NCBI GenBank assembly: GCA_013239625.1
Contig: MU055016.1
Location: 48,867-112,866 of the forward strand
Source of the DNA: Lama guanicoe
Lineage: Eukaryota
Length of the DNA: 64,000 nucleotides
Direction of reading: 5' to 3'
The translations under genes and the position numbers were made by a program. The notes beneath the pieces are model-generated. The model was not told where the DNA came from. It worked only from the letters and a program-made list of their open reading frames with translations, and did not search any database. Numbering within the stretch: the first letter of the stretch is position 1; each line of letters begins with the position of its first letter. This document shows, in pieces, positions 23,400 to 34,330 of this stretch.

Positions 23400-24110
23400 T
23401 GGCTCTGGGGGAGCCGCGCGGCCCAGATAGAGGGATGAGGGACTGCAGCGCCCCCCGCCCACACCCCCCACGCGACCCAGCCCGGGTCACCCGTCACCAG
23501 CAGGGGGCGCCCTTCTCCAAGGCCGCCGGGCCCATTCTCCGGAACCAGCAGCGGGGCCCGGGGCTGGGCTGGGGGTCGGGTGCCCGCGCGGCAGAACCCG
23601 GCGCTCCCGGACCGCTCACCTCTGGGCTCCCCGCGGTCGCTGTGCGTCGCCCCCCAAATCCGCGTGCGGCAAGGTCCCCGACCCCCTTCCCACCCCTAGC
23701 CCGAACGGCGAGCGGACCCCCGCTCTCAGCGATCCCCGTGCCCCCCGGCCAGGCGCCCGGCTCCCTCCGCACTCACCGCCCGATCCGGGGCGCGCACGCG
23801 CCGCCGCCGCCACCGCGCCGAGGGGCCCCAGCCCCGCCCGGCCGGCCGACGCCTCCGGCCCGCCCCCGCCCCGGTGGGCTCCGATCCGCCGGCTGCCCGC
23901 CCCCATTGCGCAGGTTGGGAAACTGAGGCCCCGCGGCGGACGGCGGCCCCCGGGCCGGGCAGTGAGTCAGCTAGAACCCGGGGCTCCTGACGCACAGCCC
24001 GCCCCCGAGCACTGCCGCCCCTCCCAGCCCGCTCCTGGGGACGCAGGACTGAGACCGCAGCCAGGTGCCCTGGGGCTGCGTGGGGAGCCCGCACTGTCCT
24101 GGCCGGGAGT
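23400..24110 (-). promoter_or_regulatory. CpG island; candidate alternative EGFL7/miR-126 promoter with two possible first-exon donors (exon ends at 23777 and 23620)
   Basis: Dense CpG and GC boxes; minus-strand donors CG|gtgagt (23771..23776) and AG|gtgagc (23614..23619). Confidence 0.7.
23495..23512 (+). promoter_or_regulatory. CTCF consensus site
   Basis: CACCAGCAGGGGGCGCCC, perfect core. Confidence 0.65.
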
Positions 24111-26411
24111 AGCTAGCTCTCAACCCCCTACCCCGACCCCAGGCTGAGCCCGCAAGTGGGTGGCCAGCTCGCTAGGCACCTGGGGCTGGCTAGAGCCACC
24201 CACTCACTGCCTTGCAGCCGCAAGCTGGGTGGACATCATGACCCCAGGCACAGAGACACGGCACTTCCCACTTCCGTAGATCACACGGGGAGCCTGGGCA
24301 GAGCCAGGCTGGGTCTGAGGTGTGACACTGAGCCTCCCTCCCAACCAACATGCCAGTTTAGGAGGCCTGTGGGGCTCCCACCTGGCACCCTCTTTGTTCA
24401 GGACAGTTGGGACCACCCCCAGTGCGCCTGAGGCCCCCAGGGAGTTTCCCAACTGCATGGTCACCACTGGGGGCTCCCAGGCCAGTCTCCACTCCTTTCC
24501 TCCAGGGGGTTCCTTTTCCATATTTGCAACGTGGTCTAAAGCAGCTTCAGGTGGCAGAGTGGCCAGAGCCAGTGGTGCCCACCCACCAAGAGACAGCGTC
24601 CAGCACAGCTGGAACCAGGTGCAGACATGCCCTCCCCGAGAACTCTGTCGTTTCTGTACCATGATTATCACAGCTGTCACTGTGCATGAAGCCCTGGGCC
24701 TGCCCCCTGAGGTAGCTTCTGCCGCAAAGGAGCCGGGCCCACATCACCTAAGAGCACGTAAAATGTGCCCACGCTGGGCCAGGACCCCTGCTGCTGCCCT
24801 GAGCATGGGGGGCTTTCTATGGCACTCACCTGGAGGACGAGGCTCCCTCATGCCCCGGACGCTGGTGGCAGCTACTCTTCTGAGCGGTGGGGGCTGCCTG
24901 TGCCTCCCCCGTGCCAAGGTCTGCAAGTCAGAGACGTAGTGTGGATTAGTGCACATCTTTGACACTTTGCCGTCCAGGGGCTGGGGAAGGGGACAGGGCC
25001 AGCCTGATGCAGCCGTGGGACCTCAGGCCTGCACTTGGCCTACAGGCTTTGGCCCCTGCGATGGCCAAAGCTGAATGGGCCTCTCAGGGCTGCCCACACC
25101 CTCAGCCTGGGTGAGTTGGTTGTCTCCTGCCCCGGGGGTCCTGAGACCGGGGGTGGAAAGGCTGCTGTGAATGAAGTGGACAGCCGCTCTACAAAGCCTG
25201 GGCTGCGAAGTGAGCGTCCTGAAGGTTCAGGGGAAGGCGGGGCCTCTGGGCAGAGCCAGCTGCTGTGGGGCATCTGGCTCAGGCCTACTTTGGGGCAAAG
25301 GAGCTGAAGGAAGGGAGGGGACCCGGTGGCTGGACAGGGGCCCCTTCCTGGACCAGGGGGCCCTGGAAACCCCTGGAAATTCTGAGGGCGGCTGGGGCAG
25401 CTGTGGCTGGGATGCCTATAAATCGTGAACAGAAGGGATCCCTGCCACTGTGGGGTCTCTTGACCCCCCCAACCCAAGCAGGCAGGCCTCACCCAGCCCC
25501 AGGCAGTAAAGAGTTAAGAGCTGGGCCCAGGGGTGCTAGAAGGAGAGCTTCCCTGTCCTGTCCCCTGCCCCTGTTCAGGCCCTGAAGCTGGTCATTTGAC
25601 CCTTTGACCTCCAGCCCTTGCAGACAGGGGCAGCCTGGGGCGCTGGGTCGGCTGGTCCTCACTCTGCTAACTGGGGGCAGAGGCCTCTTCTGCTTTCTCG
25701 TCTGGGAAAGGTGTGTTCCTCACACAGACTGCTGGGGTGGACGTGAGAGGACCAGAGGGGCAAGGGCCCGGAAGGCTTTGCTCCAGCTCTGGGACTTGGG
25801 CTCCTTTGGGGGCAGGCGGGGACCGAGGGAGAACGGGAGCTCCCCTAGGGTGCAAGGTAGACCAACAGAGTGCACCCCACCAAGCTGTCCCTCTGCCTGG
25901 CCCCCCAGCCAACCTTGCAGAAGATGGGGGCTCCTCTTGGTACCCTGCTCAGCGCCCCCGGCTTGCGCAGCTCATCCCGCTGGCGCCCCCTCCCTGACCC
26001 CCTCAGGGGTGTCTGCCCACCCTTGGGGGATGCCCTTGGGACACCGAGGTCCCAGAAAGGAAGAGCGAGCTGAGGTGGGCCTTGCTGCCAACCCCAGGGG
26101 CTTCACCGGGAAAGTGGAGCAGGCACAGGATGGGGTCGAGGGGTAGCGCAGCAGTGGCACCGGCTCCTCCTTCCAGAGCTCACAGCCGCTGCCGGGCCGC
26201 CCAGCCTAAGTACTGGGATCCGGCAGGCCAGGCCGGAGTCCAGGGGAAGCCCTTGGCCAAGGGGCCTGAATGTCCTCTGTGCGGTGGGGATGGCGCCAAT
26301 AGGGAGGATGGCGGGATGGCGCCCACGAGCGGAGTGAGGGCCCACGTTGGTCAGCCCGCAGGCCCCGCAGCCAGCCCGCTCCCCGCCGCTCCGAGACCAC
26401 CCCCGCCATAC

Positions 26412-26575
26412 CTGACGCTGCCCTGGCCCGGGCTCGGCCATGGCCACCACTGCCGCCTCCTCGGGCGGGGAGTGGACCCTACCCCTCGAGGCACCTCCCG
26501 CCGCCGCTGGCCCGGCCTGTCCGCTGGAGCCTCTGCCTTGGCCATGGGGACAGCTGACTCGGGGCAGGGAGGCTC
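26412..26575 (-). other. EGFL7: Probable EGFL7 5' leader exon
   Basis: Donor CAG|gtatgg at 26406..26411; TATA-like CATAAAAA (26599..26606, minus) about 25-30 nt upstream; TSS approximate. Confidence 0.7.
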
Positions 26576-26584
26576 CTCCCGGAG

Positions 26585-26710
26585 CAAGGAAGGGTGGCTT
26601 TTTATGCTCCATCCCGCGTAAATCGGGATTGGGATGGGCCCTTCCCGGCCGGACTTCCTGTGTGTGTTCTCCGCTGATAACGGGGATCTGTCAGTGAACA
26701 AACAGGAGGC
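26585..26710 (-). promoter_or_regulatory. Endothelial-type EGFL7 proximal promoter
   Basis: TATA-like box, ETS ACTTCCTG (26653..26660), GATA TGATAA (26675..26680), FOX-like AACAAACA (26697..26704); consistent with known ETS/GATA control of Egfl7. Confidence 0.7.
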
Positions 26711-29700
26711 TGGGGGCGAGTGGGGGGCGGCCGAGGGAGGGGCCTGGCAGAGGGGTGGGGGAGCTGTCCCCAGGGACCTCAGAGTTTAATCCTGAAGCAG
26801 CCAAAAACCATGCTTGGGCCTGGCCGCAGCCCAGCTGGTGAACCTGGGACCCCGCTGGTCTCTGTGTGATGGGGGACGTGGCTGGGACCCAGGGCCTTCC
26901 TGGTGCCGTGGGTCCACCAGGCTGGTGGGACCACATTAGTGTGACCCCACAGAAGGGCCTGTTTGTTCTGTGACCCCCAGCGCCCACACCTGCACCCTCA
27001 GACATGTGTCCTGGCATGGGAGTCTGGAGGGACTTCCAGTCCGGGGATGGGAGCAGCCAGAAGAGACCTGGGGATGGGTAAAGAGGCTGGGTGTTCCAAG
27101 AACAACCTGTTCTATGGGTCCCTGGGGCCCAGAGCGGCTGTGGTGGGGGGTGACAGCTAGGGGCAGACATCAGCTCAGAGACTCAGGCCTTCTCTAGGAA
27201 TGGGGAGTGAGCCCCTGCTTCTGGGCGTGGGGTCCAAGCCGAGGCAGAAGCCCCCAGCTCCTCTTCCAGGGGTCCGCCCCAGGGGATGGCAGTGTGTTTC
27301 CTGGCCTACTTTCTTCCCTTGGCCTCTAGCGGGCTGGTGGAGGGGTGGAGGCAGAGGAGAGGAACACAGGAGCCTCTGGGTGGCCAAAGGGGGTGCTTCC
27401 TCAGATGCTCAAGGTGGTCCAGTCCCCAGGTATGACCCTCAGTCTCCTCATTTAGGTGATAGCCCCAAGCCGAGCACCAGTTGCTGTGTTGGGTCAGGTG
27501 GGAGCCCGAGGGGAGCTGGGCAGCTCCTGAGGACACACGTGGATCACACTGTCAGCCGAGGGCTCTGAGTGAGCAAGGCCAGGCCGAACCCCGCTGTCCT
27601 CGGGTAGAAGCCCTGCTCCGGGGTCAGCCCCCGCCTACCCACAGCCAGGACACCCTCACTTCTCTGGCCTTGAGCACCTCCGCTCAGCCCTTCCTCCCTC
27701 CAGCCCCACCCAGCTGGATGCCTCGGCCAAGCAGGAGGTTGGAGCAGCTTGGGAAATTCCCCACTGGGATGCTGTGAGCTGGAGGGACGTCTCGCCCGCC
27801 CTTGTTGGCAGGTCTCAGCGGTCAGGAGGGCTGCTGCCCTCCCCACCCCCACAGGAAGGTCTGCTGCAGGCACAGGGCTATGGTCAGGCCCAGGGTCTTC
27901 TCTCTCCAGGACTCAATGTCCCCTGCCCTGAGGCTGGAGCTTGCAGGCGGAGTCCCCCATTGGCCCATCTCTTCCCCACCAGCCTGCCGTGGCCCACTCT
28001 CCCCACTCACTCTCCCATCTGAGGAGCCCTCTGCCCGGAGGGCTACGTGTCCTGCTGAGGGTACTCACCAAGAGTGTAGGGCCCGAGTGGGGCTCTGCCC
28101 CCAACCCAGGGTGCCCCCTGTGCCCACATCACCCAGACCGTAGGCCCAGGGATCTGCTCTGTGCTCCTGGGTGGAAGAAACTGCAGACATCAGGGCTGGC
28201 TGGGTCCCACCCCTTATGTGTAAGGATGGGGAGATTGAAGCCCAGAAAGGAAAGAAACTCACCCCAGTGAGTGGGGAGCAGTGTAGAGCTGGGATGGATC
28301 AGGTGGAAGCAGCCCCCCTTCTCTTTCTTTTCTCAGTGAATCCCCCAATTCCTCCTGTCCCCCCACCCCAGGGGGCGGAACTGTCCCTGCCAGGGAACGG
28401 CTGAGGTTGGGAGTAGCTAATTTGCCAAATTTGTGAAAGGTTTAATGGGTCACCCCTCCCTCTAAAGCATGGGCATGTTAGGGAAATTTCTGGAAAGATG
28501 CCCAGAACATAGAGGTGGGTTGAATGGTGGAGTTACCGGTGTGGGGAAAGCAGAGTAGTGGGTCCTCTACACCTCAGTTTCCTCCCCACTCTGCTGCCCA
28601 CTGGTTCTGTGGTCCCCCAATGCTCCGTGATGCCCTCCAAGAAAACTCTGTCCCACTGCAGCCCCTCCTGGGCCGAGACCAGAACCAGCGCCAGAAAGGA
28701 GGCTTTGGCTCAGGGCCCCCCGTACCAGCCTGGCCCTGGCCTGTCGCCTAAAACCCCACTGTGTCCTCCACTCTCGGGTCCCAGAGCCTCAGAGGCAGAC
28801 ATGGGAGGTGGGCCAGGGTCCTGCCCTGACTGAGGGCAGTTCAGGGACAGGAGGGGCTGTACAGGAGGGTGGGCCAGGTGTGGGCAGAGGGCAGAGATGG
28901 GTACCATCTGACACCCTCTCTGACTCCGAGAGGGTTCTGGGAGCCTGCAGAGGGGTGAGGGGTGATTTCTGCCCTATGGGCCCCCCTCCCCAGGTGCTGG
29001 GGTGGATGGGGCCCACTCTGTGTTCCAGGCTGGAGGGGGCTCGACCTAGGGGGTCAGGACCACCTCCACCCTCCAAAGAGGCCGCCCGCCCCCCCAGCAT
29101 CTGTCTGGGATCATCAAGCAGACCGCCTCAGCAGGGGTCAGCTTGGGAAGGAGCTGTGGTGCCTCGGACCCAGGCTTGCATCCCCCCGAGGAAGGCCTGC
29201 CCACTCTGGCCCCCTGCCTCCCATCCCCACCCCCAGCCCAGCACAGAGGTGACCACCTGGTGAGACTGGTCAGCTAACTCCAGGCAGTCCGGACTGTCCA
29301 CACCTGGGAGGCTCTGAGCCCGGGCCTGAGACTTCGCCAGATTCAGGTGTGGGGTCTGAGGCAGAGGCCACGGCTGGGGTCGGAGAGCTGGTGTTCGGGC
29401 CCCAGCTTTGCTTCCTGTTGCTGGAGGCTGTACTCACAGTGGGCCTCAGTTTCCCCATCTGCCCAGCGGTCGGTAGGGCGAGAGGTCTCCCAACCTGCCT
29501 GTGAGCGTCCTGACCTGACTGGAAGTGAGTAATGCGGACTTACCTCCTCGGAGCGTGGGGGTCAGACGGTGGGGTGTGGCGGGGCTCGGCCAGGGCCGCC
29601 TGGTCCTCCTGGGACCCTCCTGGGAGCCCTCACCACCGGGCTTTTGGCCTCTGCAGCCCTGGGAGCGAGTAGACCCAGCCCCCCGCAGCGGCCAGCATGG

Positions 29701-31569
29701 GCATCGGAGGCGGCTAGAGGCGGAGGGCGCCGGGTGTGCTGTGTGAGCCAGGCTGCAGGAGGGAGAGGCCAGAGCACAGAGCAGGGGAGAGATGGGGCTT
29801 CCTGTTTATCCCCCCGAGTGGCCAGCTGGCCTCGGGGACAGGATGGCTCTGTCAGCCAGATTCACACCAGACGTGACTGGACCTTCACCAAGGGCTGCGT
29901 GTGCCTGGCCCAGGGTCCTGTCCCCAGTGGGGCGGGGAGGGAGCTCGGGGACCCTGGGTCCAGTGAGCTGTCTGTCTACAGAGTAGGGCCAGGTCCCAAA
30001 GAAAATGAGAGGTTCCGCAGGGAGAACGGGGTGTGTCCAGCAGCCTGGGGTCTTCAGCTCTGCCCCTGCGCCCACCCTCCACTGACTCCTGGCTCCCCGC
30101 CCATTAGAAGTGCCCACTGCCCAGCACCAAGCGTCGTGCTCACATAATAAACACCTTGGAGCTGACAATTTTCCATTTTCAGGTCATGCACCTAAGGCTC
30201 ACGGGGAACGCTGATCATCTAAGTTCATCCAATGGGGAATGGAAGCCCTGCATGTGGAACCCAGTGGTGCCTGAGCAGCAGGAGACCCTCGGGGCACCCT
30301 TGGCCCCTTCTCCTTGCTGCTCCCGACCTCGCTCCCTGGGGACCACCTGTGCACCAGGACAAACTCCCTGCTGCCTGTCCACTGCTGCTCAGGTGCGGGG
30401 GCCACGACGCGTCCTTTCCCCCATTCTCGGTTCCCAGCATGGACTCTGCCGATGCCGTCTTGGTCCAGGCCACCACGCTTCCTGCCTGGACGACCTCCTC
30501 CTCTGTCTGCTGGGCACCGCTGTCCCTACCCCGGTTCTCAGGGACTTTGTGAGGGGGGACATCAGATCACTCAACGCCCCTGTGTATGCTCCACTGAAGG
30601 CTTCCCATGGCACTCAGGACAAGGTCCGATCCCTCACACACATGGCCCACCCTCTCCCTGAGCCTGAGCACCATGGAGCCCTGTGGAGCCTCATTCTGCC
30701 TCCCCTGCTGCGGCCTGCAGGATCCTGGGACAGTGCCAGCCCGTAGCAGGTGCACAAAGGGTGGTGAGGGGCCGTGTGGGCACCGCACTCAGAGGTGGCC
30801 AGCAAACATGCATTGCAGTGAGACGCGCCCAGCGGTGCCCACACTTGTCTGGCTTCTCATGCTCCACCGAGACTCACCTGTATTGCTGTGATTTGCTTGT
30901 CCATCCTTTCCATGGGGAGAACGGACCACGATTTACACACACACTGTTGCAGGCTTTGGGTCTCACAAACCATGCTAATGGTGCCTTGAAACATCTTTGT
31001 GCCGGCCTTTTGGCAGACGCACATATGAATGCATTTCTCTTGGGCGCCTATATCTGGGACTGTCCCGGGGGAATCGCCGGTCCCAGGAGCCGCGCAAAGC
31101 CAGCCACTGCCCAGCATTTCTCCAGGGCACCCCCGCCAGCAGTGCAAGAGCACGTGGGATGCCCCCAAGCCTCGCCAGCACTTGCTACTGTCCATTCTTT
31201 CATTTTTAGCCATTCCGATGATTTTGCAGTAGTATTGCTGTACTGTTATTTCCTTAACATAGGGAGATGAAGAAAAAGTTAATTTCTTTCTTTCCTAGAG
31301 ACTCATTTTATACGTGAGACAGCAGGATGGGGGTGAGAGCGGGCAGAGGGCACTTGGGGAGCAGGGTAGCTCTGGGGGTCGAGCTCCTCTGCTTCTCTGA
31401 GCAGTCTGAGGTGCAGGCACAGTGAACGTCCCAGGGTACCCAGTGATTCTGGGCAGTGGAGAGAGGAGACACCACTGCTGGGGAGAGATCTGGGGTCTCC
31501 TGGCATAATTTCCTTTTCCTTTCCTTTTCTTTTTTTTAATTGAAGTATAAACAATTTAAACAGAACACA

Positions 31570-31655
31570 TTTTTTTTTTTAATGGAGGTGCTGGGGATTG
31601 GACCCAGGACCTCACGCGTGCCGAGCATGCGCTCGACCAGAGCCACACCCTCCCC
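31570..31655 (-). mobile_element. tRNA-Ala-derived SINE, short form
   Basis: T tail followed by aatggaggtgctggggattggacccaggacctcacgcgtgccgagcatgcgctc...ccctcccc. Confidence 0.8.
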
Positions 31656-33662
31656 GCCCTGGTGTAATTTCTGCTCTGGGTGTGCAGTGCGCCCCCAGTT
31701 TCCAGTAGCCTCCGTAGAATGTTTGCCTCCAGAGCTGTCGGCCTTGTTGAGGTCAAGGTGCTGACTATGACCAGGAGATGCACGTGGGGTCCCTCCTGGA
31801 GGCTCACAGGTGGGCAGCGGCGGCCGGGGTGGGAGCCTCGCTGGGCAGGAAGAGCCCCATGGCAGAGCCTGAACCCTGCCCACCCTCCCGGCGCTGCAGC
31901 CCCGGAGCACCGCCTTCTGTCAGCCCCACAGCTCAGGCTCGTCCCCTTGCCGGGCTTTGGAACCCGGGCTCCTCTGGCCGTGGAGGCTGCCCCTCCCCAG
32001 CCACAGAGCTCCCCCCGCCATCATGGGGGTTGAGGAAGGGGGGCCTGCGCTCCCTGCCTGGCACCCTGCACGGAAGCCCCACTCACAGACTACAATTTGC
32101 TGAGCCCGACAGACAGGGCGGCCGTTAACGTGGAGGAGAAAAAACACTTTATCTCGTGGGACGGAAAGGGAAGTTCCAGAGAACCAGCGTGTCGGGTGAG
32201 GGGCAGGCTAGTAGAGGTGGGCGAGGGCCCCAAGCCCGCCCCGCTGCACCCCTGTGTGAGCCATGCTGTCCCTCCCCCCCCCCCCCCACGTAAGGAGAGC
32301 TGGGAGCCAGGCTCCCCCAGGCCTTTGGGGAAAGGAAAATAACCAGAGAGACAGTGAGGCCGGTCGGTGCTGCGAGCCTGTGGCTCCCATGGCTCTCACG
32401 CCCGCCCTGTGGGGTTGACGCCACCATCTGACCCCTTTTATGAAGGCCGAATGACTTCTCAGGGTCACAGAGACTGTCCCTGGCAGTCTGACCTCGAGCT
32501 GAGAGCTGGAGCCCCCTCGGTCTCCGCGGGGGGTGGGGGGCAGGGTCACAGTGGCTGGTCCCCCACGCCCCAGGCCAGCCACAGGCACCCCGTCAGCGAC
32601 TGCAGCCAGTGGAGGCGGGAGGGCTGCTGGGAGCGGCGTGGGAGTCCCCTCCCCAGGGAGCCCGGGTCACAGGAGAGTCTGCCTCGCCTGCCGCCTGCTG
32701 GGTTGCCCTGGGCCCTGGGGAGGTCAGGGGCTTTAGTCCCTGCCCTGCCTCAGTTTCCCCATGTGTGGATCAGGGCGTGGAGGGCCTGGGGAGCCCTGGG
32801 GAGGAGCTGGGGGTCTCTCAACTCTGTCGTGGTGGACAGTTTGTGCCCCAGCCTTTTCCAGGGCAAATGGGGAGGGGTCCACAGCTTCCGCCAGATTCTC
32901 AAAGGGGCCTGTGTCCCCCAAGTGCAGAGCCCCACGTGGGTGGCCTGAAGACCCTCCAGTCCACACTCCTCAGCTCCCAAGCTGCCTGTTATTATCTTAA
33001 TATCCCTAAAAATGTAAAGAGAAGGGGAGAAAAAAGGCCAGCGTCTGCTGCCCAGCCAGAAATCTCTGTTTCCTCTCAGCCAGGAAACAGGAAGTGAGTG
33101 TGTGGGGAGATTGGGAACCAGGCTTCGGGAACAATAGAAACCCCCTCCGGAAGGGAAGGGAAACTGCGTCAAGGGGCCGGGGTGGGGGCCCAGCCTGACC
33201 CCCCCCCAGTCTGTGCACAGAGCTGGAGCACAAATTTAGTCTTGGTTCTTTTCCTGATGAAAGGCTCAAATGCCCCATTGTGGGGGAGGGGGTGCAAGGC
33301 CCTGCTGAACCCCTGGGTGTCAGGGCTCCTCGTGTCTCAGGGACCATCTAGCTGTGCTTTCCCTTCACCTGTGGGTAAACTGAGGCCCAGAGAGGAGCAG
33401 AGCCCGGGCTGGGGAGCATGGGGTGTGAGGATGGAGCACCCCGGCCGTCTGGTTAGGGCTGCAGGCCTTCCCTGGAGAGGCCCACGTGTGCAGGGGTACA
33501 GAGACCCCCACCAGGCCCAGGGGATGAAGAGAGAGACTCCCCAGCCCCCTGCCCCCACCTGCTCAGCCCCCTGCCCTTGGCAGACATTTCTGCTCCAGAC
33601 AAGCAGGCCTTGCCCCAGAGACCTCAGCCAGACCTCCCAGCCGGGCCGGCTCAGTGAGAACC

Positions 33663-33805
33663 NNNNNNNNNNNNNNNNNNNNNNNNNNNNNNNNNNNNNN
33701 NNNNNNNNNNNNNNNNNNNNNNNNNNNNNNNNNNNNNNNNNNNNNNNNNNNNNNNNNNNNNNNNNNNNNNNNNNNNNNNNNNNNNNNNNNNNNNNNNNNN
33801 NNNNN
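33663..33805. other. N gap (143 nt)
   Basis: Run of N. Confidence 0.99.
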
Positions 33806-34330
33806 TGAGATTAATTCACACACCAGACCGCCTACCCACTCAGAGCGCGCAGTCCGATGGCTTTCAGTGCAGAGCTGAGCAGTCACCATCACGGTCAGTT
33901 TTAGAACATTTTCATCCCCCTAGACAAAGCTGCCCCCTTTGGGGGTCTCTCCCGGTGCCCCTCATCCCTACCCCTCCGCCAAAGCCCCAAGGAACCGCCC
34001 ACCTACTTTCCGTGCCCGTGGGCTGGCAGAATCCTAGGCTATGGGGGTGGGCAAGTGTCTACTCCGCGCCGTGTCTGGAGGGGCACGCATAATGTGACGT
34101 AAGCGGCTTCGTTCCTCTTTGCGGCTGAATAGCGTTCCTTTCTGTGCAGGGACATGTTCTGTCTGTCCCTCGGCTGATGGGCATTTTGGCTGTAGTGACT
34201 CGTGCTGCTGTGAACACGCGTGTGCACGTTTTTGTGTGACGTATGTGTTTCCTCCTCTCGGGGACAACCCTGCGAGTGGGATGAGGGGGCATGGGGTCAC
34301 TCGCGCTTAAATCATTTGAGGAGTTCTCTC
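33806..34330 (-). mobile_element. Old L1M fragment
   Basis: accatcacggtcagttttagaacattttcatc...gctgatgggcattttggctg...; antisense L1 3' region. Confidence 0.65.
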
